From contig CAXXLL010000003.1 of the NCBI GenBank assembly GCA_963662545.2, positions 2,432,001 through 2,496,000 on the forward strand: 64,000 bases of DNA. Direction: 5' to 3'. The DNA is from Gammaproteobacteria bacterium (lineage in GTDB: Bacteria; Pseudomonadota; Gammaproteobacteria; Ga0077536). Below, piece after piece: positions 10,391 to 20,896 of the stretch. Position 1 is the stretch's first letter, and the number at the start of each line of letters is the position of its first letter. The position numbers and the translations under genes were made by a program. The notes beneath the pieces were generated by a model, which was not told where the DNA came from, ran no database searches, and worked only from the letters and a program-made list of their open reading frames with translations.

Positions 10391-11227
10391 TTACAGCGTC
10401 GGACGCACCCGGTCCGCGTCCTTGAACAGGATATCACGGAAGGCACTGGCCGCTTTTTCGTGAAACCGCATCGCCTCCGCGTCCAGGTCATGGGCGGGCC
10501 GGGGCGCGCGTGCGAAATGTTCAAAGCGGTCCTCGCCACGTACCAGGGATGCGCTGTCCCAGTCGACGGCAAGTTGCTTCGTGTAGGTCGGAATGTAATG
10601 CATCGAAAGACCGATGCGCCGATCGGCTGATCGATTGGGCGCCGAGGCGTGTGCAAGACGAATATTGTGTAAAGATGCCTGGCCCGGATCCAGTTCCACG
10701 GCGACGGTTTTCGATTCGTCAATGGGCACTGAAATTTTCTGTCCCCGAGTCAGCATGTTGTCGTTCTCGTATTCGTCGGTATGGGGAAGCACCTCGCCCT
10801 TGTGGCTGCCCGGCAGCAACCGCATGCAGCCGCTTTCCAGCGCCGCCGGCGAAAGGGCCAACCACACCGTGACGAGCTCACTCGTGTCGAGCCCCCAGTA
10901 GCGCACGTCCTGATGCCAAGACACGTAGGCGTCGCTCCCGGCCTCCTTGATCCACCAAACCGTGGTCCAGCACAGAATGTCGGGGCCGATCAAGTCTTCG
11001 ACGGCGTCGAGGATGCGGGGATGACGTATGAGTTCGTCGACCCAAGTAAAGATCAAATGGGATTTGCCGCGTTCCGCGCCCGAAATCGGGTGACCTTGCG
11101 AGGCCTCGTAGGCTTCCAGTTTCCCGCGCGCGGCCGTGATTTGATCCGCAGACAAAACATCGATCGGGAAATAGTAGCCTTCCCGTTCGTACTGCTTGCG
11201 AGCCTCTTCGTTCAGAATCTTGGCCAT
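10391..11227 (-). CDS. Phytanoyl-CoA dioxygenase (PhyH) family Fe(II)/2OG dioxygenase
   Basis: WHQD, TVWLAL, PGSH, HAS.PNRS..RRIG. Confidence 0.85.
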   Translation of the reverse strand: MAKILNEEARKQYEREGYYFPIDVLSADQITAARGKLEAYEASQGHPISGAERGKSHLIFTWVDELIRHPRILDAVEDLIGPDILCWTTVWWIKEAGSDAYVSWHQDVRYWGLDTSELVTVWLALSPAALESGCMRLLPGSHKGEVLPHTDEYENDNMLTRGQKISVPIDESKTVAVELDPGQASLHNIRLAHASAPNRSADRRIGLSMHYIPTYTKQLAVDWDSASLVRGEDRFEHFARAPRPAHDLDAEAMRFHEKAASAFRDILFKDADRVRPTL

Positions 11228-11422
11228 ATGATCCATCCTCTCACAACATGGTGAAAACGTCTTGCTAACAAGAACCAAGATTGCCGTCGCGGTTCAGTCT
11301 GCGCGGACGTCTGTGTTCGCTGTGTGCCGGCAAAAGTCACCTACCCACTCGCTGCCGTCGCCGCGGTCATGGTGTAAACTGCCGTTCGCATCTCTCGCGC
11401 AGAATGGCGAATTGGGGGCATT

Positions 11423-11929
11423 ATGAATCCGGAAGAATTGAAAGCACTGCAGGCGCCGATCAAGGATCAATACAAGGAAACGCCTGAAGCCGCGCTCATT
11501 ACATTGCGCGCGGAATCCAACGGCGCCGAAGGTGTCGCTTGCAAGCTCGAAACTTCCAAGGGCATGCTTGAAGCCGGTCTCCATCCCGCGACCGGAGGCG
11601 ATGGTACACAAGCCTGCTCGGGCGACATGTTGCTGGAAGCGCTGACGGCTTGTGCCGGGGTGACCCTGCAAGCGGTCGCAACCACATTCGGCGTTGAACT
11701 CACCAAATCGAGAATCATCGCCGAAGGCGACCTCGATTTCCGCGGAACGCTCGGCGTGGCCAAGGATGCGCTGGTCGGTTTCCGGGACATCCGGCTGACC
11801 TTCGATATCGATGCCGATGCGCCCGTTGAAACACTCGCCAAGATCGCGCAGTTGACTGAACGTTATTGCGTGGTGCTGCAGACCATTCAGCAGAAGCCGA
11901 ACATCGAGGTCATCACGGCCGGCAGTTAA
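11423..11929 (+). CDS. OsmC family protein
   Basis: AGLHPATGGDG, CSGDMLLEAL, LTERYCVV. Confidence 0.85.
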   Translation: MNPEELKALQAPIKDQYKETPEAALITLRAESNGAEGVACKLETSKGMLEAGLHPATGGDGTQACSGDMLLEALTACAGVTLQAVATTFGVELTKSRIIAEGDLDFRGTLGVAKDALVGFRDIRLTFDIDADAPVETLAKIAQLTERYCVVLQTIQQKPNIEVITAGS

Positions 11930-12097
11930 AAACGGCGGGTACTGACGTATCCGACTTGCAGGCTGCTACCCGCCCGCATATTTCACCAGCCGTTTACCGC
12001 GGCGGCTTCATCGATGAGTGTTCCCGCCCGTTCCGGCATTGCATTGCGGCTTGCAACATGATGTCGAGATTGCCAACCATATCTATGCCAATCGCCA

Positions 12098-13204
12098 TCA
12101 CGCCGCGGAAATTTCCAGGGGCGACGGTTCAACCAGCAGATTGGTGTCCCACTTCTTCAATTCGGGCAATACGTGCTGTGCGAAGCACCGCATGTTGCGC
12201 TCGGCTTCATGGTACGGCATGCCCGCATAGCTGAAATTACCCATGATGCCGTTCATGTCGATCTGGTCCCTCATGTAGGCGATTTTCTCGAGCACCTGCT
12301 CCGGCGTACCCCAGGGCATTAATTTCACGAAATCCTCGGCCGCGCCGTCCAGACCTTGCTTTTCGATGTATTTGCCGACGTTTTTGTAGAACTCGTACCC
12401 TTCGTGGCTGCCAAATTTCTCCGAGGTCATCTCGTAGTGTTTCATCGCCGAGTGGTAATACCGGCCGATCCATTTGTACGCCATCTCCTCGGCCCGGTCC
12501 TGATCCTCGTCAACAAAGTAGAAACCGCCGCAGAGCGGCTGCGGCGGCTCGCAACCATTTGTGTTCAGGAAAACGTCCCGATAGACCGCGAAATCCTGTT
12601 GCACGACGTCCCAGGGTTTTTGCGGGATCACGAGCAGGCCGATACCCAGCTTCGCCATGATGGGCATGGATTCCGGCGACACGGCGGCCGCGTACGTTCT
12701 GCCCTTGAATGACTTGAAAGGGAACGGACGGATGTCCCGCCGCGGTTGATTGAGCGTGTCGCCGCCCTCCAGGTACCCGCGCTCCAACCCCTCGATCAAC
12801 AGTTCTGCGTACTCTACGAATCGCTGTCGGCCAGTTCCCTGATCGATTCGGAATCCCTCGAATTCGACGTTTCCCAAGCCGCGGCCAAGCCCGAGGATCA
12901 TGCGCCCGCCCGACAGGTGATCCAGCAGCGAAATCTGCTCAGCGACCCGCATCGGATCGTGCCACGGCAGAACGATAACCATGGTGCCCAATTTTACGTG
13001 CCGTGTCTTGCCTGCCATATAAGTCAGGAACTGCACGACGTCCGGACACATCGTGTAATCGGTGAAGTGATGTTCGACCGACCATATCGAATCAAAGCCC
13101 AAGGGTTCGGCCATTTCGGCAAGACGTACCTCCTCGCGATATACCTCGGTATCCGGCAGTCTGTTTTCCGGATTTTGAAATACGGGTGCATAGCCTACGT
13201 GCAT
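12098..13204 (-). CDS. Luciferase-like (LLM) flavin-dependent oxidoreductase
   Basis: GFDSIWSVEHHF, PWHDPMRVAE, LDHLSGGR, GTPEQV. Confidence 0.85.
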   Translation of the reverse strand: MHVGYAPVFQNPENRLPDTEVYREEVRLAEMAEPLGFDSIWSVEHHFTDYTMCPDVVQFLTYMAGKTRHVKLGTMVIVLPWHDPMRVAEQISLLDHLSGGRMILGLGRGLGNVEFEGFRIDQGTGRQRFVEYAELLIEGLERGYLEGGDTLNQPRRDIRPFPFKSFKGRTYAAAVSPESMPIMAKLGIGLLVIPQKPWDVVQQDFAVYRDVFLNTNGCEPPQPLCGGFYFVDEDQDRAEEMAYKWIGRYYHSAMKHYEMTSEKFGSHEGYEFYKNVGKYIEKQGLDGAAEDFVKLMPWGTPEQVLEKIAYMRDQIDMNGIMGNFSYAGMPYHEAERNMRCFAQHVLPELKKWDTNLLVEPSPLEISAA

Positions 13205-13243
13205 GACACACTCCTCGGGATTGAAATTTTCAAAGATTTGAAA

Positions 13244-13774
13244 CTATACCGGCACCGCATTGACGAGTACCGCCGCGAGCAGGCAGGGTTCGTCCGTGCG
13301 CACGCTCCAGGAATGTTTCGTGCCGCGTTGAATCATGACGTCCCCCTGCTTGAGACAGACTTCACCTTCATCCAGGATTGCCCAGATTTCTCCGCGAAGT
13401 ACGACGAGGTAATCGATCGTCGCAGTCGTGTGCATCATGGGATCGTCGGAAACGCCGTCCGCGGCGTGGCCGGCCCCGATTGAATCAAAGGCTTCTGCGG
13501 CGTCGCCTTGCCCGCGCCACGCTGAATCGGGTGGAAATTCGACGATGCGAAATATCGTGCCATTGGCAGGCGGTTCGAGTACCACCGGACGATCCGCTGC
13601 ATCGTCGGTACCGCCGTTGTCTACGGGCATGGTGTTCGTTTCCCACAGATCGGTCAACGCAAGCCCCGGCATCGATTCCATCCCCTGAACGTTCCCCGCA
13701 TCGCCGTCCATGATGAAAACCGATCTGCCTTGATCGTCATGTCCCGTAACGACTCGGCGTATTTTTTGAACCAT
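13244..13774 (-). CDS. Cupin domain protein
   Basis: RRVVTGHD, MHTTATIDY, QRGTKHSW. Confidence 0.85.
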   Translation of the reverse strand: MVQKIRRVVTGHDDQGRSVFIMDGDAGNVQGMESMPGLALTDLWETNTMPVDNGGTDDAADRPVVLEPPANGTIFRIVEFPPDSAWRGQGDAAEAFDSIGAGHAADGVSDDPMMHTTATIDYLVVLRGEIWAILDEGEVCLKQGDVMIQRGTKHSWSVRTDEPCLLAAVLVNAVPV

Positions 13775-14110
13775 CAGGGTGTCTCTTCGCTGGGGTTAAA
13801 AGTTATGCGGTATCTATAGTACCCAATTCAGAAACGGTTATTTGCCACCAGAAGAATGGGGTTCGGCTTAGCCTATGATAAACTCGTAACACGACGTGCT
13901 GAGGGGATCATTACGTGGAATTCTCGCTTGTTTTTAGCAATAGCTCGTCAAAATCCGGGTGGGTCTCAGGGACTACGAATCCGACGGATATCTCAAGGAC
14001 CTGACAGGTTTGGATCATCCGCCTAAGGATGCGAAATTCGAGGACCTCGCAGCACACGCGTTTATCGTGACCACCGAACCCATCACTACGATTCCGCTCG
14101 CGCCTGCGCC

Positions 14111-14779
14111 GTGCTGACAGCACGATCCGTGGTGGTGACCGGCGCAAGCGGCGTCCTGGGACAGGTCGTGGCCGAAACCGCCCGCCTGCAGGGCGCCTCG
14201 GTGTCGGCGCTGGACCTCCACGAAGGTCCCGGCCACGAAGACATTCGAAAATTTGCCGTCGACCTGATCGATGCGCCAGCGACCATGGAATGCATCCGGC
14301 AGATCGGTGACATCGACGTGGTTTTCAACATTGCCGGCGGATTTGCCATGGGTCCGGCAGTCCATGAGACGACGGCTGATCAATGGGACCACATGTTTCG
14401 CATGAACGTCGTGACGATGCGCAACACCGTCAACGCCGCTATCCCGCAAATGATGGCCCGCGGCTACGGCAGTATTGTCAATGTCGGTGCGATGTCCGCG
14501 CGCGAAGGCCAGGCCAACATGGGCGCTTATTGCGTCGCCAAGAGCGCCGTCATGCGACTGACCGAAAGCCTGTCGAAGGAATTAAGGCAGCAGGGCATTA
14601 ACGTCAACGCCGTTCTACCCAGCATCATCGACACCCCCGCCAATCGCGCGGACATGCCCGACGCGGATTTCTCGAATTGGGTACGGCCGCAGGATCTGGC
14701 GAACGTCATCTGCTTTCTGGGTTCCGAGGCGGCTCGCGCCGTGCACGGCGTGTTGCTGCCGGTTCAGGCGCTTGCTTGA
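14111..14779 (+). CDS. SDR family oxidoreductase
   Basis: TGASGVLG, YCVAK, PSIIDT. Confidence 0.85.
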   Translation: MLTARSVVVTGASGVLGQVVAETARLQGASVSALDLHEGPGHEDIRKFAVDLIDAPATMECIRQIGDIDVVFNIAGGFAMGPAVHETTADQWDHMFRMNVVTMRNTVNAAIPQMMARGYGSIVNVGAMSAREGQANMGAYCVAKSAVMRLTESLSKELRQQGINVNAVLPSIIDTPANRADMPDADFSNWVRPQDLANVICFLGSEAARAVHGVLLPVQALA

Positions 14780-14845
14780 ATTCGGACGCCGGAATCTGCC
14801 ACGATTTTCTCCTCTAACTTCGCCACTGAATACGTTCGCTTAAAA

Positions 14846-15607
14846 TCACGCGACCCGCTCAGGTCCTTTTGGCAGGGTTGGCCAAAATTCCGGGTCGTGT
14901 CCATAGATGATCTGCGCGCCGCGCGCCTGCAGTTCGCGGAATTTATTGAGCGATGCGATCGTTTGTTCGCGGTCGTGCATGACTCCCGGTAAAGCGAGCT
15001 CTTCCAGGGTCTTGCGCAGGTAACAGGCATCACCCGTCAGCACGTATTCGCCTTTCGCGGTTTGAATCTTGAGCGATTGGTGGCCCGGGGTATGGCCGTA
15101 GGTGGGAATGCACACGACGCTGCCGTCCCCGAAGAGATCGTATTCACCCTCTATGATTTTGATGTCCTGCCCGGTGTCGTAATCCGACCGGACGTATCCG
15201 CCGTCGGGCTCCGGCTTGGTGGCCCAGTCCCATTCGCGTTTCTGGATGATGACAGGCGCATTGACAACCTTGTCATTGCATCCGCAATGGTCGAAATGCA
15301 GGTGCGAGTTGACGACGAAATCTATCCGCGCGATATCGATATCCACGGTTTCCAGCCGCGACGCGATCTCTTCTCCATCGCTGAAGTGGACCTCCGTCAT
15401 GCCCGCCAGCCGTTCTCCCATATATCCAACCGGATCCGTTCGTATCACCTCGTTCAGTCCGGTATCAAACAACACTGTCCCTTTAGGATGCTTGATCAAA
15501 AACGACGGGATCGGTGCGCGCATCGTGCCGTCTTCGGCGTTTTCGAAAAATATTGCGAGCGGCATCGTGAGTTGGCCGCACTCAAAAGCGTAGATTTCGG
15601 CAGTCAT
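14846..15607 (-). CDS. N-acyl homoserine lactonase-like metallo-beta-lactamase fold hydrolase
   Basis: SHLHFDH, GHTPGHQS, TGDACY, GHD. Confidence 0.85.
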   Translation of the reverse strand: MTAEIYAFECGQLTMPLAIFFENAEDGTMRAPIPSFLIKHPKGTVLFDTGLNEVIRTDPVGYMGERLAGMTEVHFSDGEEIASRLETVDIDIARIDFVVNSHLHFDHCGCNDKVVNAPVIIQKREWDWATKPEPDGGYVRSDYDTGQDIKIIEGEYDLFGDGSVVCIPTYGHTPGHQSLKIQTAKGEYVLTGDACYLRKTLEELALPGVMHDREQTIASLNKFRELQARGAQIIYGHDPEFWPTLPKGPERVA

Positions 15608-15812
15608 GGTGATTCCTTAAAGGTTTGTACCATCAGGGGAACGTGAGATTGATCAGAATCGATGTTAATTGCGGCCGAGGGAAGGAGCAAGGAGCGCCGG
15701 CCTTGTAGATGGTATCCACGTTTTTGGCGACCCGTTTTAAGCTGTCGGCATATTCGCCAACGTAAATCCATCCGGTATTGCCATGACGTTCGGGGCGGGT
15801 GACACTGCATGA

Positions 15813-16415
15813 ATGACCCGTTCACCGCGCTTTGACAGCAGATGCTGCGTCCGGCGCCGCACATTTCTTGCCGGTATGCTGGGCAGCACCTTATTCGGAA
15901 TCGGCACTTTCGCCGCCACGAACGCTGGAACGCGTTCAAAAGACCCTCGGAAATTGCCGCCACAAATCGGCGACGAACTGGTACGTCCCTCTTGGGAAGA
16001 TGAAGGTCGCATCATTTCAATCGACGACCTCCCGTTGAACGGCCCGCCGCTTCTCGCCTACCCGCGCGATCCTGCTGCGGGAATCGCGCGCGAACGGTCC
16101 CGATTGAATCAGATCCTGCTCGTGCGTCTCGAGTACACCGAAATGAGCGAGCAGACTCGTGCAGTCGCGGATGCAGGCATCGTCGCCTATTCCGGGATTT
16201 GCACACACGAAGCCTGCGGCGTGTCGGAATGGAACGCGGCCGACCGGTATTTCATCTGTCCCTGTCACGCCTCCGAGTTCGACCCCAGGAATCGCGCGGC
16301 AGTGGTGGGCGGACCCGCTCGGCGTGCCCTCCCCGCCTTACCGATCAAACGCGTCGGCCGGAACATCGTCGTAGCCGGAAAATTTACGAACCGTGTTGGC
16401 GCAAAAAGAAAGTGA
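15813..16415 (+). CDS. Tat-exported Rieske [2Fe-2S] protein
   Basis: RRRTFL signal; CTHEAC and CPCHASEF boxes; GPARRALP. Confidence 0.85.
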   Translation: MTRSPRFDSRCCVRRRTFLAGMLGSTLFGIGTFAATNAGTRSKDPRKLPPQIGDELVRPSWEDEGRIISIDDLPLNGPPLLAYPRDPAAGIARERSRLNQILLVRLEYTEMSEQTRAVADAGIVAYSGICTHEACGVSEWNAADRYFICPCHASEFDPRNRAAVVGGPARRALPALPIKRVGRNIVVAGKFTNRVGAKRK

Positions 16416-16423
16416 ATCAAACC

Positions 16424-18142
16424 ATGAAACGATCGATGAGATTCTTCGCGCTTGCGTGCATAAATACCTTAGTTTCACTCGCCGTAGATGCAGAACCCAT
16501 TGACTATAATCCGGTCACCGCCGATCGCCTAATCGAGCCGGAGCCCCGGAATTGGCTGATGTACCGCGGCACTTATGACAGCTGGGGATACAGCCCGCTC
16601 GACCAGATCACACCCGACAACGTGGCTGGTCTCATCCCCGTCTGGACCTTTTCCACCGGCGTCGAGGAAGCGCACCAGTCGCCGCCCATCGTCAACGATG
16701 GGATCATGTTCATCACGACGCCTGAAAACCAGGTCTTGGCGCTCGACGCCCGCACGGGCGATTTGATCTGGCGTTACCGGCGCGAATTGCCGGACGATCT
16801 TATGCAACTCCACCCGACCAATCGCGGTGTCGCCTTGTGGAGCGATCGTGTCTATCTCGCAACCGTCGACGCTTACCTGATCGCGCTCGATGCCCGCACT
16901 GGAGAAGTGATATGGGAGCGCGAGGTCGAGGATTATCTCGGGGGTTATTACATGACTCTTGCGCCGCTGGTAGTCGACGGCAAGGTAATGGTCGGCATGT
17001 CGGGCGGCGACCTCGGCATCCGCGGTTTCATCCAGGCTTTCTCGGCGGATGCCGGCGAGCCGCTGTGGAAGACTTACATGGTGCCGGGACCCGGCGAGCC
17101 AGGCCACGATACCTGGCCCGGTGATACCTGGAAGCGGGGCGGCGTTTCGATTTGGGTAACGGGCAGTTACGATCCGGACACCCAGCTCGCCTACTGGGGC
17201 ACCGGCAACGCGGGGCCTTGGATCGGAGATCAACGGTCGGGCGACAATCTCTACGCGACTTCGGTGCTTGCGCTCGATATCGCCACCGGCGAGGTGCGCG
17301 CACATCATCAATATCACTGGAATGATTCGTGGGACTGGGACGAAGTCTCAGCACCTCTGCTCGTCGATATCGAGCGCGGCGGCAGAAAGATCAAGACCCT
17401 CGTTCACGCGGGACGCAATGGCTATCTATGGCTGCTCGAACGAAGCGCTGAGGACATTCGTTTCGTCGATGCGACCCCGTTCGTACGTCAGAACGTCTTC
17501 ACTCGGCTCGACCCGGAGTCCGGCCGTCCGGAATACGACCCGACCAAGGTTCCGCGGACCGGTTCGCGCGTCGAGTTCTGCCCCAGCATCTGGGGCGGTA
17601 AGGACTGGCCACCGTCCGCTTACAATCCCAAGACCGGCTACCTCTACATTCCGGCGAACGAGAATCTTTGCGGCGCATTTACAGGTGAACCGGCGAAATA
17701 CCGGCGCGGAGAGCTTTATCTGGGCATGCAGTTTTCGACGATCGAAGTTTTTCCGCACGAGGACGCCGCGCATCACATCGGCGAATTGCAGGCCTGGGAT
17801 CTGACCGCAGGGAAAAAAGTCTGGACGGTTGAGTTTCCGTTTCACAACTGGGGTCCGGTTCTGACCACCGGTGGCGGTCTGGTGTTCTCCGGCGGGACCA
17901 ACGACCGCTATTTCCGCGCCTTCGACGCCAAGACCGGCGAAACACTGTGGAAACAACGGACCAACTCGGGCATCGTCGGCGTCCCGACCAGCTACAAAAT
18001 CGACGGCGTGCAATACGTCGCTGTGCAGTCAGGCTGGGGTGTCGACGCTCAACGCAAGCAGGAATATTTGGACAAGGCTTTCGGCACGAAGACGCACGTA
18101 CCGCAAGGTGGCGTGCTGTGGGTGTTCGCGCTGGGCAATTGA
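16424..18142 (+). CDS. PQQ-dependent dehydrogenase, methanol/ethanol family (atypical active site)
   Basis: Signal peptide, YSPLDQI, repeated ALDARTG..W propeller motifs, WGTGN.GPW, WDWD, CPSIWGGKDW. Confidence 0.85.
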   Translation: MKRSMRFFALACINTLVSLAVDAEPIDYNPVTADRLIEPEPRNWLMYRGTYDSWGYSPLDQITPDNVAGLIPVWTFSTGVEEAHQSPPIVNDGIMFITTPENQVLALDARTGDLIWRYRRELPDDLMQLHPTNRGVALWSDRVYLATVDAYLIALDARTGEVIWEREVEDYLGGYYMTLAPLVVDGKVMVGMSGGDLGIRGFIQAFSADAGEPLWKTYMVPGPGEPGHDTWPGDTWKRGGVSIWVTGSYDPDTQLAYWGTGNAGPWIGDQRSGDNLYATSVLALDIATGEVRAHHQYHWNDSWDWDEVSAPLLVDIERGGRKIKTLVHAGRNGYLWLLERSAEDIRFVDATPFVRQNVFTRLDPESGRPEYDPTKVPRTGSRVEFCPSIWGGKDWPPSAYNPKTGYLYIPANENLCGAFTGEPAKYRRGELYLGMQFSTIEVFPHEDAAHHIGELQAWDLTAGKKVWTVEFPFHNWGPVLTTGGGLVFSGGTNDRYFRAFDAKTGETLWKQRTNSGIVGVPTSYKIDGVQYVAVQSGWGVDAQRKQEYLDKAFGTKTHVPQGGVLWVFALGN

Positions 18143-18209
18143 TCGACCGTCGCGTCCGGACGCTGCGCCGGGATCGAAATCGAAAGACGTCACAGCCGAT
18201 AGTTGCTTA

Positions 18210-19274
18210 CTACCGGCCCGGGGTATGACTGCGGTCGATAAACTTGTCGAAGTAAATATCGCGGCCTCGTACGCCGGCATTCATGAGGATCGGCAGTGCG
18301 GCATCTATCATCCCGGGGGGGCCGCACAAATAAGTCTGACAGCCTTGGAGCTTGAACTCATTCACTGCCTCGATGAAGTCGGTGACTAAGCCGCGCGCAC
18401 CCTGCCAGTCGCTGTCTTCGGGTTCTTCGGATAACACCGGAAGAAAGCGGATCGGCCCGGCCCATCCCTTCGTGAGCGTTTCCACGAACGCATCCTCGTA
18501 GAGGTCGGCACGCGTGCGCGCACCGTAGAGATAAACCACGCGACGAGACAGACCGACCTGGCGACCCACCTCCAGCATGGCTTTGATCGGCGCCATGCCG
18601 CTGCCGCCGGCAATACACAAGATCGGCGCGTCCGATTCGCGCAGCCGGAACACACCGAATGGGCCTTCGACTCCAAGGGTCGCGCCCACGCAGTCGCCCG
18701 CGGCAAACCAACCCGACACTTCGCCGTCTGGGATCAGGCGTACATGGAAGGAGAGATCATCGCTGCCGTCACTTCTCGGCGCCTGCGCAAAGGAATACGA
18801 CCGGCTCCCCTCTACTCCCGGCACGCTGAGGTTCGCGTATTGGCCAGCGTAGTAGTCCATAGGCCCGTCGAGGGAGATGCGTACATGTAGGATATCGCGC
18901 GTCAGATTGGAGACCGACGTCAAACTACCGTTGAAGTTTCGCGCCGGAATCATATCGAGGCCATCGTCGAGCGAGGTGACTCGGATTTTGAGATCGCTCT
19001 TGGCCAGCGATTGGCAGGCGAGAATATATCCGCCGCGCATTTCCGCCACGTCGAGCGTGTAGGCGAAATCGGTCAGCGGCTTGATGTCGCCTTCGAGCAG
19101 TAGTGTCTTGCAGGATGAACAGGCGCCGACCTGGCATTCGTGGGGATAAGCGAGCCCGGCCTTGAGCGCGGCTTTGAGGATCGTTTCGCGGGCGTCGACC
19201 GTCAAGCTTATGCCGAAAGGCTCAACGTAGACCTGATGGGTTTTAGGCGTGCGGCTGAATATGCGCTTAAGCAT
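18210..19274 (-). CDS. 2Fe-2S/FAD/NAD(P)H reductase (XylA-like)
   Basis: CQVGACSSC...LAC, RSYS, AGGSGMAP, YLCGPPGM, FDKF. Confidence 0.9.
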   Translation of the reverse strand: MLKRIFSRTPKTHQVYVEPFGISLTVDARETILKAALKAGLAYPHECQVGACSSCKTLLLEGDIKPLTDFAYTLDVAEMRGGYILACQSLAKSDLKIRVTSLDDGLDMIPARNFNGSLTSVSNLTRDILHVRISLDGPMDYYAGQYANLSVPGVEGSRSYSFAQAPRSDGSDDLSFHVRLIPDGEVSGWFAAGDCVGATLGVEGPFGVFRLRESDAPILCIAGGSGMAPIKAMLEVGRQVGLSRRVVYLYGARTRADLYEDAFVETLTKGWAGPIRFLPVLSEEPEDSDWQGARGLVTDFIEAVNEFKLQGCQTYLCGPPGMIDAALPILMNAGVRGRDIYFDKFIDRSHTPGR

Positions 19275-19382
19275 GAAGACAGGCGATGTTCGCCCGCAAG
19301 CAGGCTCTTACAGGGGTTTTTTCACGCCCGTAGGAGCTCGCTTGCAGGTGAATGAAAGATAGTTTTCGCTCGTGCAGTACCT

Positions 19383-20558
19383 TTATTGAGGGGCCGTCGC
19401 AGCCCGGGTATACACGGAAATACCACTCCCCGCGTTTTGCTCGACGGCAATCTGTCGCTCCTGCGCCGTCGCGAATTCCTCGTCCCACTTGAGTATCTGG
19501 GGCCCTGTTACCCAGCGGAACACGGGCGGGAAGTAGGCCAAGAAGGCATTCGTAACGCAGCCGGTTTTCAGTATGGGCACATTGCCCGCTTTGGCCTTGG
19601 ACAATTCGTGAAAAGGCCGGTTCGGGTGCGTATGGTGTTCGGAGTGTTTGCTCACGTTGAACAACACGACTTGAGAGCAGAGGCGGTTGCAGTTCCACGA
19701 ATGCCGCGTGCCATAGGTCTCACCGGGCGACAACACCAGCCCGTGATGGAACATGTAGCCGATCGCCTCGTACATCATCTTGCTCATCCAGAATGCGATC
19801 GTATACATGCCGACCGCGAGCCAGCCGCCTAGGAGGAACACCGCGGTCCACACGACGCCGATACGCAGCCCGCATCGGATCATCTTGTTGCCGATCGAAA
19901 TGACCCCGTGCCCGTGTTTCGCCAGGCGTTTTGTTTCAACGTCCCAGGCATAGAGGATTTGCTTGAAGGGCGCGGTCGAATAAAACGCCCAATAACTGTC
20001 CCCGCGCAGCGACAGTGATGCGTCGTACGGTTGCCCGAGCGTGTGGTGATGGCCGTAGACGTGTTCGGTCTCGAACGGAATACCGCCGGACATCGCAAAG
20101 AACCAACGCCCGAAGAACATCGCGACCGGATCCCAGGTCCGGTGAATGAGCTCGTGGCCCATAATGGTGTTAATAATTGCAAGCATTAAACCGAGGCCCA
20201 AGGCACCGCCCACGTAATCAATGATCCCGTTGCTGGCCTTCGCGGCCAGTGCGTCGTAGCCAGTCAGAGCCGCGACTGCGCTACCGATACCGAATAAATC
20301 GCCCGGCGCTATGGTCCAGATAAAGATCACCGCGGTGCCCACTATCACCGGAAAGTAGCTGTACAGAATCAAGTTCAGGATCTGTGGGTAGCTGTATTCA
20401 GGTGCTTCGCCATGATCACCGAACAGAAAATCACCGCCGACGGTGCCCACGATCGTGAATACGTATCCGAGCCACAGCCAGTGGCCGCCGAGTATGAATC
20501 CGAACACCGTTACGCCGATGAGAATATCGTTCGATAAATACTTGAGGTATTTCAGCAT
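19383..20558 (-). CDS. Membrane di-iron monooxygenase, AlkB/XylM family
   Basis: Hydrophobic helices; His boxes HELIH, EHVYGHH, HSEHH; HSWN. Confidence 0.85.
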   Translation of the reverse strand: MLKYLKYLSNDILIGVTVFGFILGGHWLWLGYVFTIVGTVGGDFLFGDHGEAPEYSYPQILNLILYSYFPVIVGTAVIFIWTIAPGDLFGIGSAVAALTGYDALAAKASNGIIDYVGGALGLGLMLAIINTIMGHELIHRTWDPVAMFFGRWFFAMSGGIPFETEHVYGHHHTLGQPYDASLSLRGDSYWAFYSTAPFKQILYAWDVETKRLAKHGHGVISIGNKMIRCGLRIGVVWTAVFLLGGWLAVGMYTIAFWMSKMMYEAIGYMFHHGLVLSPGETYGTRHSWNCNRLCSQVVLFNVSKHSEHHTHPNRPFHELSKAKAGNVPILKTGCVTNAFLAYFPPVFRWVTGPQILKWDEEFATAQERQIAVEQNAGSGISVYTRAATAPQ

Positions 20559-20896
20559 TTCAATGCCTCCCTGTGACCGCTCGGCAGCGAAGGCCGAGAG
20601 GTCCGCTACCTGGGAACGCCTGAGGTAATTGTCACATGATCCGGCGGCGAAATATCCTATTTCGACGAAATCACGGTTGGTATTCGGGCCAATACCCGCC
20701 CGCCGGACTGCGCTAAGCCCCTAATTTATCGGAACATTCTGCGAGGGCCGTAGATCCGACCCGCGGAGGACAGACGTATTGCCGGAGAATGCGTTTGCTC
20801 GTTCAGGAACACTCATAATCCGCTTACCATAAACGCCTGAATCGAAAAGATGCTAGGGCTTCGGGTTCATAAAGGTTCCAAAATGCGCGTCTTTGA

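Noticed and set aside
10391-11227. Fe/2OG halogenase
   Set aside because: The HQD carboxylate ligand is retained, as in hydroxylases
20560-20890. Sigma-54 promoter for the xylM-like operon
   Set aside because: No convincing TGGCAC-N5-TTGC motif found
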